Made by a program: the position numbers and the translations under genes. Below, in pieces: positions 12,810 through 27,900 of a DNA stretch of 64,000 nucleotides. Origin of the DNA: Tubiluchus corallicola (taxonomy: Eukaryota > Animalia > Priapulida); the NCBI GenBank assembly GCA_030141605.1, contig JAQGDQ010000485.1, forward strand, positions 62,001 to 126,000, in the 5' to 3' direction. The notes under the pieces were generated by a model. The model made no database searches, had not been told where the DNA came from, and saw nothing but the letters and a program-made list of their open reading frames with translations. Every line of letters starts with the position of its first letter. Within the stretch, counting starts at the first letter, position 1.

Positions 12810-13150
12810 TGACCGCTAGTTGGCAGGCCGTCACTTTGTTTACATCACATACATCAGTGTAACCACGGGTAGATCTCTATGTATAAAAATATAGAATCAA
12901 TTGTGCGGAGTTCTTTGAGTCAATTGCAGACAGTTTTTATAGATTTTTGCATAGGAGCGGCCAGTACTTAGGCGTTTTTGAGACAATTAGGTATCATGTA
13001 TCCTTGATAATTGGGTATTTTAAATTATGCATGAAACAAGGTAACTGATATTTTAAGTCCACTTAGAGGCTCTTTATTGTCACAAAATTGCAATTTGTTG
13101 CTGCCTACGGCCTGTTTCAGAGTTTTTTGCAATTTGTCATTCCCATCCCT
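12810..13150. repeat. Interspersed repeat, related to 44790-44930, ~55200-55370 (inverted) and ~61005-61180
   Basis: Shared strings ACATCAGTGTAACCACG...TATAAAAATATAGA and GGTATTTTAAATTATGCATGAAACAAGGTAA. Confidence 0.65.
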
Positions 13151-13959
13151 GGCCCCTTGTGCAAGTTTATCACAAACGTTTTGCCAATTTTTGCTCAATT
13201 TGTGGTCACATTTTTGCTGAGTTTGTTTTTGAAGCACATAAGTTGTAATTATTTAAAAGCTGAATGTTCACTTCGTGTTTCGATGTTGAAGCTTTCGTGT
13301 GCGTTTCTAAACATACGCGATGCCGCTTATTGTGACGACATCTTGGCATACATATCTTTCTCAGGCGATGCACATTTTTTTCATATTCTGTATTAGAAAA
13401 TGCCTGGTGCAAGTCTGCTGCCAAATTTGTGACACAAGTACTTATATCTGCTTGGCACTTATGTATCAGCAACAAACTATTTTTATATTGCTTTTATGTT
13501 GTAGTGTCATGATTGTTGTTGTGTCATGCTTTCTATTAGAGTTGTTTTCTCAAAAGGACGTGGCATATCTGCATAGTTTTCTGCAATAAATGAGCTTGTT
13601 TTGTGCCACCAATTTCGTATTCTTTCAACACATGTCTATGGGCTTCAGCAATTTTGTATATATGGTTTCAGCAGATGCCTTAGTACTCTTGCATCTGCAC
13701 ACTTACTAGATTCTAATTTTATATAAAAAATTGCATTTAGTGTAACCTGTCTTACAGCTGTTGTAGGGGTCCGCCACCACAAGTTTTAATACCGATTGTG
13801 TGTCAAATTTATTGCTAAGCTAAAGTTGTATCATATATAGATTAATTAGATTTAGTATTTCAGAAGATTATTGGGTTGTTTTGGAATAAATCATCAATTC
13901 TATAAAATTTGCACAAATATTTTCTAAAAGCACAAATGATTTTCCATTTTATTAGTTTG

Positions 13960-14500
13960 ACACCTAGGTCCCAATTCAATTCAATTTTTATTTTCTCAAT
14001 AGCAGTTAAAATTTCTCATAACTATTTTTACATTTCATTGCAGCTGAGAACAAGCAGCGAAAGACCAATTGGTCACTTTCAGCTGCCCCTTATTAAAAAT
14101 ACAAGTTTACTTACAGGCTCATGACATTTTTTAGGTGTTTGTGTATATATATATATATATATATAAAAGGCAAAAGCAACAAAAATCAACTCAATGCAGA
14201 AATGCAATTCAAAGCATAACAATGCATAAGGTCAAGCAAAAAATTAATGAAATTCAATGTAGAGAAAAAAATAGTATCAAATAAAAAAAGCAACAAAAAT
14301 CTACTCAAAGCAAAAACTCAGAATAAAAGGAAGTTTTCACAAGCAATGCAAAACGCAATTTAACTTGTAGCAAAAAATTATATCAAACAAAATGAAACTC
14401 AAAGCGAAAATTTTATAAAGCAAAAGCAATTCAACTGAAATTAAAAGAATTTGTCAAAACGAAAGCAAAACAGAATTCAACTTAGAGCAAAATTATATCA
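13960..14500. repeat. Repeat related to 54405-54640 (inverted), followed by a degenerate A-rich tandem array
   Basis: CAGCTGAGAA...GGTCACTT...CAGCTGCCCCTTATTAAAAATACAAGT is the reverse complement of ~54503-54570; AAAGCAAAA-like units run to ~14500. Confidence 0.6.
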
Positions 14501-15529
14501 CACAAGTCCCAGTTTTTATCAAGATTATAAAATAGACTGAATGGCAAAGGTTAGTCTAATTATAGCACCAAATTAGGGTACCTGCGTTTAGGAAACCTAA
14601 AAACACACGAAGCTGAGCCACTTTTACCCAAAAAACTCAGGGTCAAATTTGAGTCGGGAATTGCCTCGTCCTACCCCATAATGAAAAAATGCCCGGATTT
14701 CGGACACTGTTTGCTGGCATGGAGAAACTTCGAGATTTCCTTTTATCAATAATATTATTTTATTTCATTCAATATATGGCCGGTGCCCGAAAAAATGTGT
14801 TTGCCCGATTCCGTCATTTCCGATTTCACGGAAAAAAAGCACTTGAGATCATTATTGTTTGGTCCTTGGAGCTCTAAAAGTTGAACCAAAACGGACGTGA
14901 TTGTAATCTATCGATAATTAGAAGCGCCGACTGGCAGCACAATTTGTTCTCCAAGAGAAACTTTCAGAAGCGCTTTATAACATGTTATTTTCTGGATTGT
15001 TTCTGCTAAAATTTAATATTTTTTTATAAATAAGATAATTTTATGTTGTTTTTCAAAAATAAACAATCTTAGGTGGACAGTAGTTAAACTGATAATATCC
15101 CTTAGATATTTACAGCACGAATGAAACAAAACACGTAATTATAATTGCAAGCTAAACTAAATACAGTAACAAAAATCAGGAAGACAGTCAAAGGACCGTG
15201 TAGGATAGACAGAAATTAATGATAAGAGAAAAGAATAAGACTGTGATCGCCAGGGGAAAATCTTTCAGTAGGACCAATAAAATTTGGACTAAGTTAAAAA
15301 CAAATACATTTTGGTCATAATTAGAAATGCATTACCATGGATTCGTGGATTTGATGTTGAATAGATGGCAGGACTTTGGAAACATTACAAATTATCAAAA
15401 CTGCACTACTCCCTGCAAACAAAGGACAGTCGAGCAAATAATGTTTGGCGTCTTCAGTAAGCTAATCACAGGTATGTCTTTGACAAAGCGTAGTTAAAGC
15501 GTTATTCTTTTAACCCTGATTGTTTTGAT

Positions 15530-16030
15530 GATCGTTTAAAGGGAAGAAAAGGTAATTTTAAAGAATGTGTAAAAAAACTTTCCCTGCAAAGTTATATTTT
15601 TTAGAATTACGCTTAGCTATTGGAAAGACTCACGCAATTGGCAAATAAAATTAATAATAATTAAAAAATATTAGTGCCACTTGGTAAAACAAAACTGCAT
15701 CGCTATCCCAGTGTGCACCACTTGTTCACAAAAACACACATTACTGATCTTTATTGACAAAAATAGAGTAATTTACCCTATTGCTCAGTTTGTGAAGAAG
15801 AGTGTATTACGAATGTTATGATTATTTTTTCAAACTTTACACAATGTTATCTAAACGGCTTAACGGTTATATAGTGGGAGTTTAAATTTACAAGTTTTAT
15901 ACAGCGCCTGTTAATGCAAGTTCTGTATCAAATAAGACAGCATGTAGGTTTAAGTGATACAAAATTTCTGGACGATTTTTTAAGCTTTATTTATGAAGGG
16001 TGTTTTTTGTGCTTTAACTTAACAAAGTCA
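15530..16030. repeat. Interspersed repeat, related to 18215-18720 and ~52980-53260 (inverted)
   Basis: Shared GGGAAGAAAAGG...TGATTATTTTTTCAAACTTTACA...GTTATCTAA...GTTTAAATTTACA. Confidence 0.6.
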
Positions 16031-17421
16031 ATTTGCAATGTATGATGCACCGAATTCAGTCTAGTGCCAAACGTGAAATATTTTACGCTACTAAAAAATC
16101 AAAAATGTGGTATCATATTCGATTTTAAATTCTTCTAAGATGAAGATAGTTTTACATGGGTGAGGATGATTGTTCAAAACACTTACAGTTGCAGGAAAGA
16201 ACAATTACGAAGATTATAATGATTAGTATAAAACAAAGCAAAATCATTACAATTTTGAAACGAATAACAAGTACTGTCTCTATTACAATGTGGCAACAAA
16301 TAGTTCCAATGATTTATTGCGATCGCGTTCCAATTTAGATTAAAAAATCCACCAGTAATTATAATAATGCATCATTTTATCGAAATTTTTATATTTGTAA
16401 GCGTGCATACGCAACATAAACTGAAACATTTAAACAAAAAATTGAGCTAAGCATTATATGAAAATCACACTACATATAAAGTTAAAGTTGAAAATGAAGT
16501 TTTTGCCTTTGGCTAGCATTAATCCATGTAAAAATGTAATTTGCAAATTATTACTAAATCTTCTAGCTAATTAGAAATATTGTTCATTAATCATTATACT
16601 TCAAAATTTAAATGACTGTTGCTAATCCGCAAATCTCACCTATATAAATTATATTCCATTTTTGGCGAAACAATTAGCAGTGCAAATAATGACAATTATT
16701 ATTCAATGTAATACTATATGATTTATATATTAATGCGGAATAGAGGAAAGTCGGGTATCTTTTTATTCGTTTTTTAATGTAAATGATTTCATTTCCTTGT
16801 AAAACAATGCACTTAACTTTGTTTCTCTGTTAAAAAATTGCAGCAAGCAGAAAGAAGCCAAATAATGAGTTTGCTTAATTATTTCTCTGTACATTTATAG
16901 TCACAACAGATGCTTATAAAGCAGCAACGAATGCTATGTAGACCGATGTTTTATTTTGTTGTTTTATTTACTCTTTTATTTCGTCTCGTAGACATTCACA
17001 ATCTTAAGCCATAAAAATGCATACAAAATTTAAATAGAAAAAGATGAAATAAAATTAGGTGGCTGAATCGGTTGCTCTGTGACAGCGAATCATCGTAAGC
17101 GTATCAAAGCATTCCGGCGTTCATATCATTCATTAGTTAGCCAATAGGAGCTATCTTAACATCTACGCGCTGTGCTTGAACTACACGTGTTAAGTTGTTC
17201 TTATTTTTTGGTACCCGATATGTGCGTTTTGTAAATTTTGTTATAAGTTTCATTTATATGGAAACTTCTTAGATATATCTATAGTATATTGGATGCGATT
17301 AATATTAATAAAGGGTTTGAAATTAGTGATTACTCAAATAATTACTAGGCAATGTTGAATACTGATGTTGAAATTTGAAAACGGGAGTGTGCGTATTTTG
17401 TCATTATCACACTGTCGAGTC

Positions 17422-18140
17422 ACATAGACATATACATAGACATAGAACATTTATTTTCTCCATTTGTTTGACATGACAAGCTTTTTTAAATATTACTTAA
17501 TTATAGTAGTGGAGCAGGGCAGGGAAGGACCATAGGGTCATCTAGTCTCCTGCCCTGTCTTAGTATATTAAAAGTAAATGGTGAGACTGCGGATAACAAA
17601 ATCAAATAGGAAAAAAATAATAATAATAAACAGTATAAATGAAAACAAAGTATAAATGAAAACAGTATAAGTGAAAACAAAAAAATAATAAAGTTAGATG
17701 ACATCTAAATCTAAACAAAACAATACAATTAATACAAGTAATTATGATTATTATATATATTTTCAAATAGGGGCCTAATTGACAGGGGATTTTGACTGTA
17801 TGGAGAGATAAAATAAGTATCAAAAAAGTGTAATATAGAAAATTTAAGAGAAAAAGTAAGTATAAGAAAGAGCAACAATTACTTAGGAGATGAGAAAAAA
17901 AACACTTGATAGCTTGCTTATTAGTCTTACAAGTTATGTATTACAGGTATATTCATTTAGTAAGAATTTTGTGTATTTTTTGGAAGCAGAAAATAAGCTA
18001 CCTCCAAAGGTATCTTTTGGCAACGAGTTCCATAATTTAACTCCTCGTGATTTTAAGCTATTGAAACCATGTCGGGTAAAAAATCTCTCACAAAACTGGT
18101 CAAAGGCAAAGACTGAAAGCGTGAGAATGAGGCGGTAGGG
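17422..18140 (-). mobile_element. CR1/L2-type LINE 3' remnant
   Basis: Minus strand encodes SLKSRGVKLWNSLPK (typical ORF2 C-terminus); 3' UTR with AATAAA and a (TCTATG)n-like tail at 17422-17455. Confidence 0.65.
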
Positions 18141-18993
18141 ATTAGCAAGCTCCCCAGTAAATGTCAGCGCTGTGCTTCATTTTCAATCTCCCACAATCAT
18201 GTACCAAACGTAAATCAAGGGAAGAAAAGGCAATGTTAAATTATGTCTCAAAAGACTCCGTGCCACATAGATTTTCGCTTACTTGCTGGAAAGACTTATG
18301 TAACTGGAAAAGAAAATTATTAATTATTTAAAATGTTTTCACCAATTGGTAAAATGTCGCTGACTCACTCTCCAGGGTGCCCCACTCACTAACCAAAAAA
18401 CGTATTTTTAGTCTTATTGACAAGATACAGTGATTTTAAATTTTGTTTAGTTAGTGACTTGTGCACTACGAATGCTCTGATTATTTTTTCAAACTTTACA
18501 AAATGTTATCTAATCTTGTTTCGAATGACCTGTCGTGAAAATGGCTGCGTCTAACGGTCATCGCGGAAGTTTAAATTTACATGTTTTATACAGCGTGACT
18601 GCCGATTGAAGTCCTGCATGCAAAAAGGCAGTATGTAAGTGATATAAAATTTCAAAACGAATTTTTCAAGTTTATGTTTATGAAGGGTTTTCTTGTGCTT
18701 TAAGCAATTTTTTTTGTTCACTCTGAAAAATATTTGTTCTGCACCAATCAAATATGCTTGCTTTGAATACTGCCATTTTTAATTTATCATGAGATGTGTA
18801 AATGAATGTGTGTGAATGTGTATTTTCTATTTCATACAAAGATTTACCATGCTCAAACAAACTTTTTGCACTACTCTATAAATAGTCACTGTGTTTGCAT
18901 ATAGTGATAGTTTCTTGTTTGCCGAAATGCAAATTAAAGTGTTTGGGAAAGAAACTAATAATAGTCGTTTGGATTTTAGGCTGATGTAAGAAA

Positions 18994-21900
18994 ATGGCGG
19001 ATCATACTTCATCTACATCATCGTTATCTGTGGATGAGGAAATTGAACGCCTGCGCAGTTTGTACCCGGAGAAGTTTACAGAGTTGTGTCTCATGCATCT
19101 TACATTTGCCCTAGAGCTAGGGACACAGGCGCTAAATGCACTACTAACTGACAGAAATTCTAATCCTAAAAAGCCAAGACCCCAGACGCCATTCTCCAAA
19201 AGAGAAAATTCTGATGCTTGTATGAAAAGTAATAATTAATGTTATGCACATACACGTTCCTTCCCTGTTAAATTTGGTCTTGCCCCTTTAACTGTCATCA
19301 GTCATGTGACCAGGTAGTTGGCCAGGTAGACATTACCTGACATGCAATTCAATTGATACGATGTGAAATTTGTAGTAGATTTCAATTGTTTTTTTTGCAA
19401 GTTATCAGTGCCAAAACTCAGGGAGACCACATGTAAGTGTCTAATTATGTTTATTGAACTGCTTTATGCTATTAGAACAATTTCGCTTTTATTTTTTTGT
19501 ATAATTATAGACGAAAATCACGTAACCTAATTTAGTAATGTACCTTTATCAAACTTATGTTTTTCGTTGAAAAGTTATTGCTGTAATTTATTATTACAGA
19601 TAAAACGACAAATGCTGCATATTAAACATATTTAATGTTCTGGAGTTTAAATGTAGTACAATTAAGATTCTGGTTGCAACAGAATCTTCTTGATTTACCC
19701 ACGTTTTTTTTATTTTCTTATTTATTTGTTGTTGTTAATTTTGAATGGCATTGTAACTTCTAACAAATATGTGTTGTAGCTCAATTTTGTGTCATGCTTC
19801 CATTAGTATTACTGTCATAAAAACTTTAAAGTAAAAAAAAAGTTTTTGAGATTCCTTTACTATTCAGAAATTTAAAAATATACTGATCTTACTAAAGGAT
19901 GCTAATAACCAAATCTGTAATCGCAAAAAATGTGTGTTTTTATCTTTTAATCAACTGATACATTGAGTTTCTTGTAGTACTTTTTTATTTGTTTATCTTG
20001 AAAGTTTTTGCCTTTTTTTCCAGGAGAGCAAGGTATATTTGGTGCACCTTTGACACGGGAAGGCATTTCCAAAGTCTTTCAGCTGATACAGTTTTTAGAA
20101 AGAGATGACAGTAAGTTTTACTGTCATCAATATGAGCTACTATAATCAATAATGATCTGTAGAATTCAGTACAATATCAAGCATGTGGTATGAATCTTTA
20201 TCATACTTTAATCTTCTACAAACTGGACTAGTAAATTTCTAGAATTTTTACTGAAAATAGAAGTAGAAATGTTCATTTATATTCTAAGATGTTGTGTAAA
20301 AATGATCGCATTTATCAGGTCTTGTATAAACTGATTATTTTTATTTGTGTAATTTTCTTATGTCTATCCTATTACCAAAGAATCGTTTACCATTGCTTTT
20401 ATGCTACCACAAACATTTCTTGTCCATAATACATCTTTGTCTGACCTTCCAGACATTAAACAAGTGGGACTATTCAGAAAAAGTGGGCAAGCCACTCGAC
20501 AAAAGGAACTGAAGTCTCTGCTGGACAATGGAATTACATTCGATTTGGACTGTGGTTATTTCAGTGCGCACGATTGCGCTTGTGTCTTGAAGACCTTTTT
20601 GGGGGAGTTGCCTGAGCCGTTACTAATCGACAGCCACTATGCTCCACACTGTTTGGTGCCAGGTAATGTTCCATGGAATGTGAACTTTATCAAGCAATGT
20701 TCCTGCTGTCCTGTTCTTTATGCTATTTCCTGTTTTCAATTAACGATGAAAATTCATTTTTTTTTACATTTTTTCATGCACACAGTAAAGTATTATAAGA
20801 TAGAAATGTAAAGCATAGGGTAGGGAAGTCAGTTTTAAATCTCATATTTACAAACTTTTCCGAGAATTATGTGGCGTCTAAACTAACATTATAATATTAA
20901 AATATTGCCAGTAATTTACCATTTGGGTTTCGTATATTTATTTCTGGAGAAATTCTGGAGCATTAGAAATCTAAAAATTATCTGGCTATCTAACTTTTCT
21001 AATTTTAACTTTTAAAGAAATCTGTCATGAAGGGTCAGTGGGAGATGCAAAGAAAAAAGCCTTTCAACAGCAAATTAGAGCCGTACAGCTTTTAATACTT
21101 TTACTGCCACAAGAGAACTGCAGGTCAGACGTTTTTTTTTCTACTTCCAGTGTTTAAGACTGAGAAAATGTTTTAGTTTAGAGAATGTTGTAAAGTGAGC
21201 AGAAGTAAGCAAATATGTTTTAACCCTGTTTGAAGCATGTTAACGGGGGTTAGGATCTTCTTTGGATAAAGGTATTTTTTCCTAGCTTTTGTGTGTAAAT
21301 GAATACAAACTCATTTCATTTGTAGCAAATGTTTACATGATAATTTACACGTAGGGCAATTTCCATGCCTACACAAATACTTAGACAAGTTCAGTTAACC
21401 AAACACCGGAACATAATACCTCACGGTTCAGCAAGTTTGCAAGCATTCTATGATTTCAAAAAAAAGGGGTGGAAGTTACCAACATTAATCACGCGAGGAC
21501 CCTAATATTAGTTAAACAAGATAGCTATCACTACACAACCAACCAACCAGGCGATCTATAAAAAAACTGCACAAAATCTTTACAGGACAAACAGATTAAA
21601 TTTAGTGTGCAAGTGTTTCCATTATAGTATAAAAGCATAAATGCAATCCAGAGTCACATTCAAAATTGCACAGCAAACTAATTACCGATACTGCATTTTG
21701 AAGATAAGTTGTACAATTGAAAAAAAGGCCAAACCCTCTGGGATGTTAGGCTTATTTCAATGTTTGTGAAAAACTTTAGAAGGAATAAAGGTGCAACAAG
21801 CCCCTCGTGCAATTAGTAAAAGCATGTTAAACAGTTCGCGTTTGGGCGCTCACACTTTAAACGTCTGTTCTCCCACCAATGATGTCATTTGTCGACTGAA

Positions 21901-24900
21901 AAAAGCAACACGCTGTAAATTTACATCAAAACATCAAAAATAAATGTTTTCTTACAAAAAATTAAATTTTATGATATTTTTGCATGAATATTAGGTAAGC
22001 TACAGCATGTGCTTATGGAAAGCCACGAGGCACTTTATGAATTCGACCAGTAACATCATAGTTTTCAAGTGAATGGCGGTTGCCACCTAGCTTAAAAATT
22101 TCTTTATAAGATAGTATAAATTAGCTTTATGCTTCACAAGACAGTTTGTTTTGCAAATTTGTCATATTTTCGTAAGTCCAAATGATAACAGTAAAATAAA
22201 GCCAACGTACTAAATGACTCGTATTTGCCTTTAATAGCTTGTAATCATAATTAAATACGTATAAAATATGTCAAGACGATGGTAATAATAAAATATAGAA
22301 ATCAATGATCACAACAGCTTACCTCAAACAATTTTGGAGCATTCTGAATCATAAATGATACAGCTTTGGTCATATTTGCAGCAGTTTTATGCAGTTCTGT
22401 AGCAGTCATCTGGTAAATAAAGGCAACGTTAGTAAAACCAATTTTTAACTTTTAAAATTGTCGTTTAAAAAGTGAGATAACCTATACAACATACAGAAAG
22501 CACAGTGATTATTTCATCCGCTGTGCTATAGGTCCTAACCACAAAGGATGCAGAATGAAAACCCAAGACCCATACTAACCTTAAAATGATAGACTTTACC
22601 TTTTTCCTTAAAGCTCTCTGATCCAACTATTAATGAATTTTGTAATTTTTACATTACGAAAGAAGAAGCAAAATTCCTGTCAAACGCAAATACTTTTAAG
22701 GCAGTAGTCAGGTAACTAGGGAATTAAAAGGTGGTGAATGAAGTATTAGTAGGGTTAATGAACAGGGTGCATGAGATTATGGATATCCATAAAATAAGAC
22801 CAAAAATCCATAAAATGAAATTTGAAAAATCCATAAAATAAGAAATGCATAAAATAAAAAAATATTTTTTTTTGACATTTTTTTGTACAAAATAAGGCAA
22901 TCAAAACTGAATACAGGCATTGGATCGGAAACTTCAGCCTAGAGGGCATTCTACATTCGTACCAAATAGATGAATTATTTGAACTGAAGTGATGAATTAC
23001 AAGGCACTGTCTCGTAAAATTTGATTAAATTTGAAGTGATATGAAACCGATAAAATTAAAACGAAACCGATAAAATTACAACTGAGTCCTGGGTGTTTAA
23101 AAACACGTTTCAAGCACTCCTGTTTTTTACTTTTTAATTGATTTCTCCCTGGGCATCTCTTTCCACATATAGTCTATTTCTTATTTTATTGATATCCATA
23201 AAATAAAATTTCAAAAATCCATAAAATAAGCTATTTTATTTATTTTATACATATCCATAATCTTATGGACCCTGTTAATGAATGACAAAAAACAAGGGAA
23301 TTTGATGCTACTTTTTTGAAACACTTTAGCTAAATGCCTTATTTAACTTTTTTACAGATTGCTAAAAGATCTTTTAAACCTCTTACACCGTGTTACAGAA
23401 GCTCAGTCTGATAACAGAATGAATGCCGATAACCTTGGAATGATGTTTGCTCCACACATTTTGTGTCCTCGAAAGGTAATTATGTACTGACTAGTTGCTT
23501 TCACTAAAAACTTATTACAGTCTAGTCTCGTTATCTCGCCACTGTCCGTCTAGGGCAAATTTTTGGCGAGAGGCGAGTATGGCGAGATAACGGGAATATA
23601 ACGAAGTTAGTCTATATGTATATACATAATAGTTGATTAACATAGTGTTCCTCTATGTGCATGTAAAATATATTTCGCACTATGATACCAACCAACATTA
23701 GATAAATACAAATTTCCTTTTTTTGTTCAGGATTAAGACAAAACAGTTTTCGCTTCAGAGACATCATGTAAAGTTGCTCACACTTTGTGGAAACTCAAAC
23801 TTAAACGCAGCTTTGGTGTTATAGAGTAAGGTTATCGGTGACGCTTTAGTTTCTCTGCGCATTAACCAACCAACGCACTCCTAATCTAATCCTGGTGAGA
23901 CACACACTAGACTAATTATGTCTGTTTATTGAGTACAGCAGCATTGTCTACATACCGCGGTTATATTGATCGACACGCGGTATATGTATTGATCGATTCA
24001 CCTCTGAGTTTGTCTGTTTGGCGACATAACGAATATAGTTTACATAAGCACTCATCCTAGCATGACGTGGCGAGGGCGAGAAGCGAGGGTGGTGACTTAA
24101 CGAGGTAAATATCAAAGCAGGAAATCCGTCCTGGTACTTTCTATGGCGAGAGACAAGTTTGGCGGCATAACGAGGCTATAGTATACATTGTTTTTCATTT
24201 GCTTGGATTGCCTTACTTATCATAATTTTTTTGTCTTTGTACTATCATTTTTGTACTATCAAGTCCCTAGTTACCTGACTACTGCCTTAAAAGTATTTGC
24301 ATTTGACAGGAATTTTGCTTCTTTCGTAATGTAAAAATTACAAAATTCATTAATAGTCGGATCAGAGAGCTTTAAGGAAAAAGGTAGAGTCTATCATTTT
24401 AAGGTTAGTATGGGTCTTGGGTTTTCCATTCTGCATCCTTTGTGGTTAGGACCTATAGCACAGCGGATGAAATAATCACTGTGCTTTCTGTATGTTGTAT
24501 AGGTTATCTAACTTTTTAAACGACAATTTTGAAAGTTAAAAATTGATTTTACTAACGTTGCCTTTATTTACCAGATGACTGCTACAGAACTGCATAAAAC
24601 TGCTGCAAATATGACCAAAGCTGTATCATTTATGATTCAGAATGCTCCAAAATTGTTTGAGGTAAGCTGTTGTGATCATTGATTTCTATATTTTATTATT
24701 ACCATCGTCTTGACATATTTTGTACGTATTTAGTTATGATTACAAGTTATTAAAGGAAAATACGAGTCATTTAGTACGTTGGGTTTATTTTACTGTTATC
24801 ATTTGAACTTACGAAAATATGACAAATTTGCAAAACAAACTGTCTTGTGAAGCATAAAGCTAATTTATACTATCTTATAAAGAAATTTTTAAGCTAGGTG

Positions 24901-27900
24901 GCAACCGCCATTCACTTGAAAACTATGATGTTACTGGTCGAATTCATAAAGTGCCTCGTGGCTTTCCATAAGCACATGCTGTAGCTTACCTAATATTCAT
25001 GCAAAAATATCATAAAATTTAATTTTTTGTAAGAAAACATTTATTTTTGATGTTTTGATGTAAATTTACAGCGTGTTGCTTTTTTCAGTCGACAAATGAC
25101 ATCATTGGTGGGAGAACAGACGTTTAAAGTGTGAGCGCCCAAACGCGAACTGTTTAACATGCTTTTACTAATTGCACGAGGGGCTTGTTGCACCTTTATT
25201 CCTTCTAAAGTTTTTCACAAACATTGAAATAAGCCTAACATCCCAGAGGGTTTGGCCTTTTTTTCAATTGTACAACTTATCTTCAAAATGCAGTATCGGT
25301 AATTAGTTTGCTGTGCAATTTTGAATGTGACTCTGGATTGCATTTATGCTTTTATACTATAATGGAAACACTTGCACACTAAATTTAATCTGTTTGTCCT
25401 GTAAAGATTTTGTGCAGTTTTTTTATAGATCGCCTGGTTGGTTGGTTGTGTAGTGATAGCTATCTTGTTTAACTAATATTAGGGTCCTCGCGTGATTAAT
25501 GTTGGTAACTTCCACCCCTTTTTTTTGAAATCATAGAATGCTTGCAAACTTGCTGAACCGTGAGGTATTATGTTCCGGTGTTTGGTTAACTGAACTTGTC
25601 TAAGTATTTGTGTAGGCATGGAAATTGCCCTAAATTATTATTTTTTTAATGATTTTGTAAAGCAGACCCAACTTGTTGTTACTATCATCGAATACAGTGT
25701 TCCCTCACTTATCGTATGTGTTCCGTTCCTGGCCCACCCGCAATAAGTGAATTTCCGCGAAGTAGGGACACTATACTTATTAAGTAGTTATACATTATTT
25801 TAAGTCTTTATAAACCCTTATACATAACCCTTTCCCATTCCCTTAATAACTTTTCCCATATTTTTAATATATTTTTATACATTTGTGATTTTTTGTGCAA
25901 AATTCATCAAATCTATACATTACTGTGCAATACATACTACGCATGTGCAAAAATACTTTAGACGGAGTACCGCAAAACCCGCGAAACAGCGAAAATACAG
26001 CGATAAATATTTTACATTAATATTTTTGAAAACCCGCAAAACAGCCAGTCCGCGATAAACGAACCGGGAAGTAACGAGGGAACACTGTAGACGGTGCTGT
26101 ATTTATGCTTAGGTTATTCTTTACTGAGAAACGTAATATATCAGGATTAAATAGCCCTAGCAATAATATAAGTAACATTAAACTATCCAAGTCAAGCACT
26201 ACTTACCTTTATAAATGTATGAATAAAAGTAACGACTGAAATGTGTCTGCTACAATTAAGATGTCGTTTAATTTAGCATATGGCAAGAATATAGAGTTTT
26301 ATATACCTTGTATTATCATAACTTGTATAAGCATGTATTATGAAGAAGCTTATTGTTAGATACCAGAAGAGCTGCTGATAGACATAAGAACATCTTGGAA
26401 TGAAGAGCAAAGCAAAAAGCAAACGCAAAGGATGGATAGTAGCGCTAAAACAAAATCGCAAACAGGATCTAAGAATTCGGTAATGCAACTACATCAATCG
26501 TCTGATTTCTGTGGAATTTTTGATGTTAAGTGCATTCAAGATAAAAAATGTGTTTCCTTTACAATTGTAGCGGGTGCATAGGCCCTTTTTGGTTTTTATT
26601 TAGTTACTGCCACGGTGCTGCCACCTGTTTGTTTATTTAGTAGACTTTTTACCTTTTACAGTAGTCACTCTTTTAAAATTGAAGCACCTAATATCCTTGA
26701 ATACATTGGCATTTTGATCTTTGAGCTATAGCTACAGTAGTTGTATGACATTTTACCCGTCTTTTGGTTCTCTCCGCCATTGCTCTATTTTTCTGACTGT
26801 GATGAACATTATGACTCTAAATTTCTTACGAGTTTATTGTTCTGACATCGTTGTTTCGTTGTTCTTAAGGCCTTGGAGTTCTCATTCCTGTCTTTGTAAC
26901 TATTAAAGGCTCTAACAACGTAAGTCATTATTAATTAATTTCAATATAGTTTACATAATTTTTATATCAGTATTCTTAGTTATAGTCATACATCTAATCA
27001 TGCGATGAACTCTCTTCTACTCAATGCAAATTAAACTAATTGTTAATTATTGTATTACAGAATAAAGAAACTTTTGGTCAACACATTAAACTGGTGTTTT
27101 GCATCCATTTCAACAATATTGTAAATTTGTAGTGATGATGAGCATAATGATGGTGACAACATGGGTACGGGTTACCATACTCTCTTTTTATAGGTTTCTT
27201 GCGTAATCTTAATTTACCGGCTCATTTTATACAACTTTTTATTTTTTATTGCATGTAGAAGCATCAGAAAAGAGCATTGGCAGTGACGGAGCCGGTTAAG
27301 ACAGTTGTTAGCTTTGCTGATCATCAACAAAGTTTACAGGATGATGTTTGTAATGATACAGAATTTCATCTTGCTCAGCTATATGCACAGGTTCAAAGCA
27401 TGCCGGATTCTTCTAAAAAACGCAAACTCATTAAGCAGGTGCGTTGAACTAGAATAATAATTTTGGACGAGTGTAAGGCGATAAATGTAGTATTACTGAT
27501 ACAAACTTTGATCTGAAGAGTAGATAGTAGATGCTTTAATAGTAGACCCTTAGCTATAACTACTGCTTACACACGTTTGCAATTATTTTCATTTACGTAG
27601 AAAAAGAAGAAAAGAAATTACTGTACCTCAAACCGGGGCCTATTTCAGCCTAGGCGAGGCCCGGGGAAGTGGGGCGTGTGAGGCTGCATCGGGGTGGGGG
27701 GAAAAGGGGCGGGCGCTGCCGCGGTTGGCACCCAGAAAATTTTTGAACTGCTAGAACGCCGGAGAAGCATTTTCGAAGAGAAAATATGGAGTTATACTGC
27801 TGTTAAAGGAAAGAACAAATGAAAGAAAAACTGCTTTATTCTCAAGACCAGTCCTTAATTCTTGTCAATACTGGCAAACGGCACTCGTGCGGCAAGAGAG

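Noticed and set aside
22323-22409. Second RhoGAP gene on the minus strand
   Set aside because: Only exon 6 is present, as part of the inverted duplication.
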